Below the pieces are notes generated by a model that saw only the letters and a program-made list of their open reading frames with translations, did no database searches and was not told the DNA's origin. From Rhodosorus marinus CCMP1338 (taxonomy: Eukaryota; Plantae; Rhodophyta), in assembly GCA_029953675.1 (NCBI GenBank), contig JAMWBK010000008.1, positions 372,001 to 436,000 of the forward strand: a stretch of 64,000 bases of DNA, read 5' to 3'. Positions 60,950-64,000 of this stretch are shown in pieces; the first letter of the stretch is position 1; each line of letters begins with the position of its first letter. A program made the translations under genes and the position numbers.

Positions 60950-62850
60950 TCTAGTGGGTTGTGCTGCTAGGCGACGCCATGGAAAAGATATCAGCTTGAG
61001 TCGCGAGGAGTGCATTCACCTTCCACAGAGCGCGGTTGAGCACCACTCTGCGGTGACTTACTTCGTTGAACTGTTCTCTGCGGGTATATAGCCATTGGTT
61101 TGCTTGCGTAGTCGGCCTAATGCCTCCCGTAGAATCGCACAAACACGCCGTCAGTGTGGTCTGCCATGGCAGCTCGATACTCTTGACTTCTTGAACATCT
61201 CAGCCTTGTTGGCTGCATTCCCGGTCTCCCAGGACGCCTTGTATATGCAAGTCTTCTGAAGCAGTGGGCCACATGCACTTCATTCACGTCGAGTTCCCCG
61301 GTCCATGGTTGGTGAGCGATGCCGTGCCGGGTGTAGGCTGTTTCCAGGCTACTGGTCAGCAGGTTCGGCCTTCACTCGTAGTCTCCATTGGCATAGTTGG
61401 ATAGCCAGAGAGTCACAGATGATGTTGTGCGGTAGAGCCCAGCTCCCAGTGGAGCTGATGCAGTGATGAAGGCTTTGAGTGCCTTGTGGATCAAGGGTTA
61501 GAGAACAAACAGTATACATACTGACCGGTCCTACATTTCTTTCCGTCTGTCCGACATTTGATAGCACCACCTCAATTGCACGGTTGTCCACAGATGACAA
61601 CAAGCACAGGCGACGCTTGATGTCAAGCTGTGCTACTGGTCTGCATAATTTCGTTCTCCGAGTTGAATTAGCTAGAAGCAAGTTTGACTCAGACCATCTA
61701 TATCCTTTATCCTTCTTACGCTACTCTCCCATACCTCCTTCGGATGAGTCATAATTTTTTTGTTTGTACCAGCTCCTCTTGAGGTACTTATGTGTACTCA
61801 GGTACTCTTGATGGGCCCGTGGGGAAAGAGGGTATGAGGCTTGGGGCATTGGGGGCATGCCCCAAACAAGATACTCATAAAAAAAAAATCACCGATGTAG
61901 TATCCTGGATTTGGGAAGCTAAAAGGGGCATTGAGAAAATGGGACAAGCCGTTTCTCGTCTTGATTGTTTTAGTTTATTCATGAAAAAGTTGTCCCATTA
62001 CTATATGATGTAATACAACTAAAATACAATATATTGTATTGTAGTGCATTTGAATGATGAAAATAAAACGAATGCCCCTTCGCAAAGTGATGATTGAACT
62101 GAACTTCATTTTAAAGATGGACCTCTCTCTTGACAGGCCGCAGGCTTTCTCAAGGTCCCGCTAGACTAGCTCCTCACCTTCTTTATGCAACCAACGAAAC
62201 CACCACATCAAGCAGATGGGCAAGGATTGAGCGCGCATTGGGGCATAAAACTCCGGATGCTTGCTGGTTGGAATCGCCGATATGAATGGCAATTGAGGCA
62301 TCGAAAACGTTGAAATCCTTGCCATTCTTGAAATGGGACAACTGAGGCCTGCCCGAGGCCCACCTGACTAAGGGTCTTGAGGTCCTCAGGTACTCAAGAG
62401 GAGACGGTACAAGCTAGACTGATCCGAAGGGCATCTGGGGGAATAGAGTAAGATGGAAAGAGGCTATAGTTGGTCCGGCTCAGACCTGCTTTTAAGTTAT
62501 CAGCCCAATGCCGATATCCTCCATGTGCTTTATAGGTCTGAAAGAACTTCCAGTTTCAATAACATTCACCTAATCCGCCTGGATAGGGCTCCTGATATGT
62601 CCAAATGGTGCGCCTAAGAAGGGCCCTTGGCAAGCACGGGACTCTGCGGGGAACAGAACTTGCTTATTGATCTAGCCCATTCCAACAGGGAAGTATACTT
62701 GGACCATGGGGGAGGTTCTTTCTTTTTCCTAGCATTTTATAGATCATTTATGGTCTCGAACCAACTGGCGCCTTTCAAAAAAATGCGCTGCAGCGGACAT
62801 ACCCCGCTCACCAGCCCGCGAACCATATCAAACTTGCTTGTACGATTGTA
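60950..62850 (-). mobile_element. Long decayed CRE-like non-LTR retrotransposon (post-RT region to REL domain)
   Basis: FLGAPFG at ~62600, QAS..P at ~62340, then CSLTLDPQGTQSLHHCIS..LPHNIICDSLA..VKAEPAD at ~61500-61350. An AT-rich insert lies at ~61750-62080. Confidence 0.65.
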
Positions 62851-63592
62851 CTATCGAACAGCTCAACTGACTTTTTAAGGAACCGAGTTAGAATTAAAAT
62901 ACAATAGAAACTTCCAACCCCAACGCCGGTCGATGCATAATCCAATTAAGACTTACCACCTGTTGTATCCACGAGAATCAATTGGATAATTAAAGACTGA
63001 TATTCAATCTTTATTATTCATACGGATTGAGTTTTCTGATGCTTGAATTTAAGGGGGAGAGGCAGAAACACTTTTGGCAGTAGAAGACCTTATTAAAGAT
63101 AAAATTATAAATAATAAATATTCCCCAAAATAATTTACCCCTCTTCTCGCCGAATCCATGTTTTTTTTGCGACGTGAGAACTAAAAAACTAAAAATAAAG
63201 AAGAAAAAAAGGATGAACCTTTTGATGGGAAAATGAATTTTCGTTGTTTTTGATGTCTTTTGAGCGGTAGGGACAATCATTTTTGTAGAATATCCTAAAA
63301 ATAAACAGAACTGTCATATAACCCCAGAAAGTAGTGTTTTTGAGGGGGTTGACGTTTTTACGTCAGAAGGGGAAGGGGGGGAAGAGTTTTATGTCTACTG
63401 GGAGTTCTACATCAAGCTCTTGGATATAAATATAAATATAAAAAGCGATCGAGTGACGAAGGGGAGGACGAATAGAGGTAGAGCGGGGGGAGGGAGGAGG
63501 GGAGAGAGAGAGTGTGTAGGGGTGGTTTGGGAGGGGTGAGTGGGTGGAAAGGTATTTTAAGGAGTTTTTTGTTGTTGTTGAAGTAGGGAAGG

Positions 63593-64000
63593 ATGGTTTT
63601 GAAGGTACACTCTTACCCGAACAATGACCGGGTGATGCGTGTGAAGATCGCAGCTTTGTACGTTGGTGCGGAGTTGGAGGAGGTCCCGGTGAGTCTTCCG
63701 TTGAGTGGGGATGTGAAGGAGAGGGTTCCGCTCGGAAAAGTTCCTTACCTGGAGACGGAAGATGGGTCCATCGTTTTTGAGTCGATCGCGGTCCTCTACT
63801 ACGTCGGTGGGTTGAGGGCGGACGTTGACCTCCTCGGAAGATCGCATCTTGAGAAGGCGAGAGTGGTGCAGTGGTTGTCCTACGTGGAGTCTTATCTATC
63901 GAAGACTTTCCCCACGCTGCTGTACCCACATTTCAGACCGGAAAATTTCAAGACGAACCCGTTGGAAGAGAAATCCAATGAGGAGCAGCTTCTGAGGGTT
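63593..64000 (+). CDS. EEF1G: Elongation factor 1B-gamma-like / GST N-terminal domain protein, 5' part (runs off the window)
   Basis: MVLKVHSYPNNDRVMRVKIAALY..PLGKVPYLETEDG..FESIAVLYYV..LLGRSHLEKARVVQWLSY. Confidence 0.8.
   Translation, partial: MVLKVHSYPNNDRVMRVKIAALYVGAELEEVPVSLPLSGDVKERVPLGKVPYLETEDGSIVFESIAVLYYVGGLRADVDLLGRSHLEKARVVQWLSYVESYLSKTFPTLLYPHFRPENFKTNPLEEKSNEEQLLRV

Noticed and set aside
1-64000. Hammerhead cores (CTGATGA..GAAA), U2/U5/U6 signatures, U12-type introns, permuted tRNAs
   Set aside because: Scanned by eye. The CTGATGA hits I checked lack flanking stems, and all introns I could resolve are GT-AG. An Infernal scan would be decisive.

Overview
Gene-dense eukaryotic nuclear DNA with short GT-AG introns (about 50-180 nt). 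MAFVG/MVGF-type plastid transit peptides suggest a unicellular red alga; this is inference and the species cannot be determined. About 20 recognisable protein genes are present: farnesyltransferase beta (3' part), peroxisomal enoyl-CoA isomerase, kinesin-5, an AAAP amino-acid transporter, a Lon-N domain protein, a DnaJ-type Zn finger, two START-like paralogs, two LITAF paralogs, SGF29, a Myb/SANT protein, a Tim44-like protein, a bacterial-type short MTHFR, MazG, methylmalonyl-CoA epimerase, glucosidase II beta and EF1B-gamma (5' part). There are also several orphan ORFs and two tRNAs (Arg-UCG, Ser-AGA). Intergenic space is full of decayed mobile DNA: at least seven fragments of one CRE-like (REL-endonuclease) non-LTR retrotransposon family, a 1.7-kb hAT-type non-autonomous element with an 8-bp TSD that carries a retroelement RT fragment, a hairpin MITE family, and several tandem arrays. 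I found no CRISPR array and no complete, convincingly novel system. The best leads are the organelle-targeted bacterial-type MTHFR, the hAT element carrying RT cargo, the CRE-like family with its associated arrays and fold-back, and a compact triple-hairpin element. Exon structures were assembled by eye and all family calls rest on remembered motifs, not database searches.
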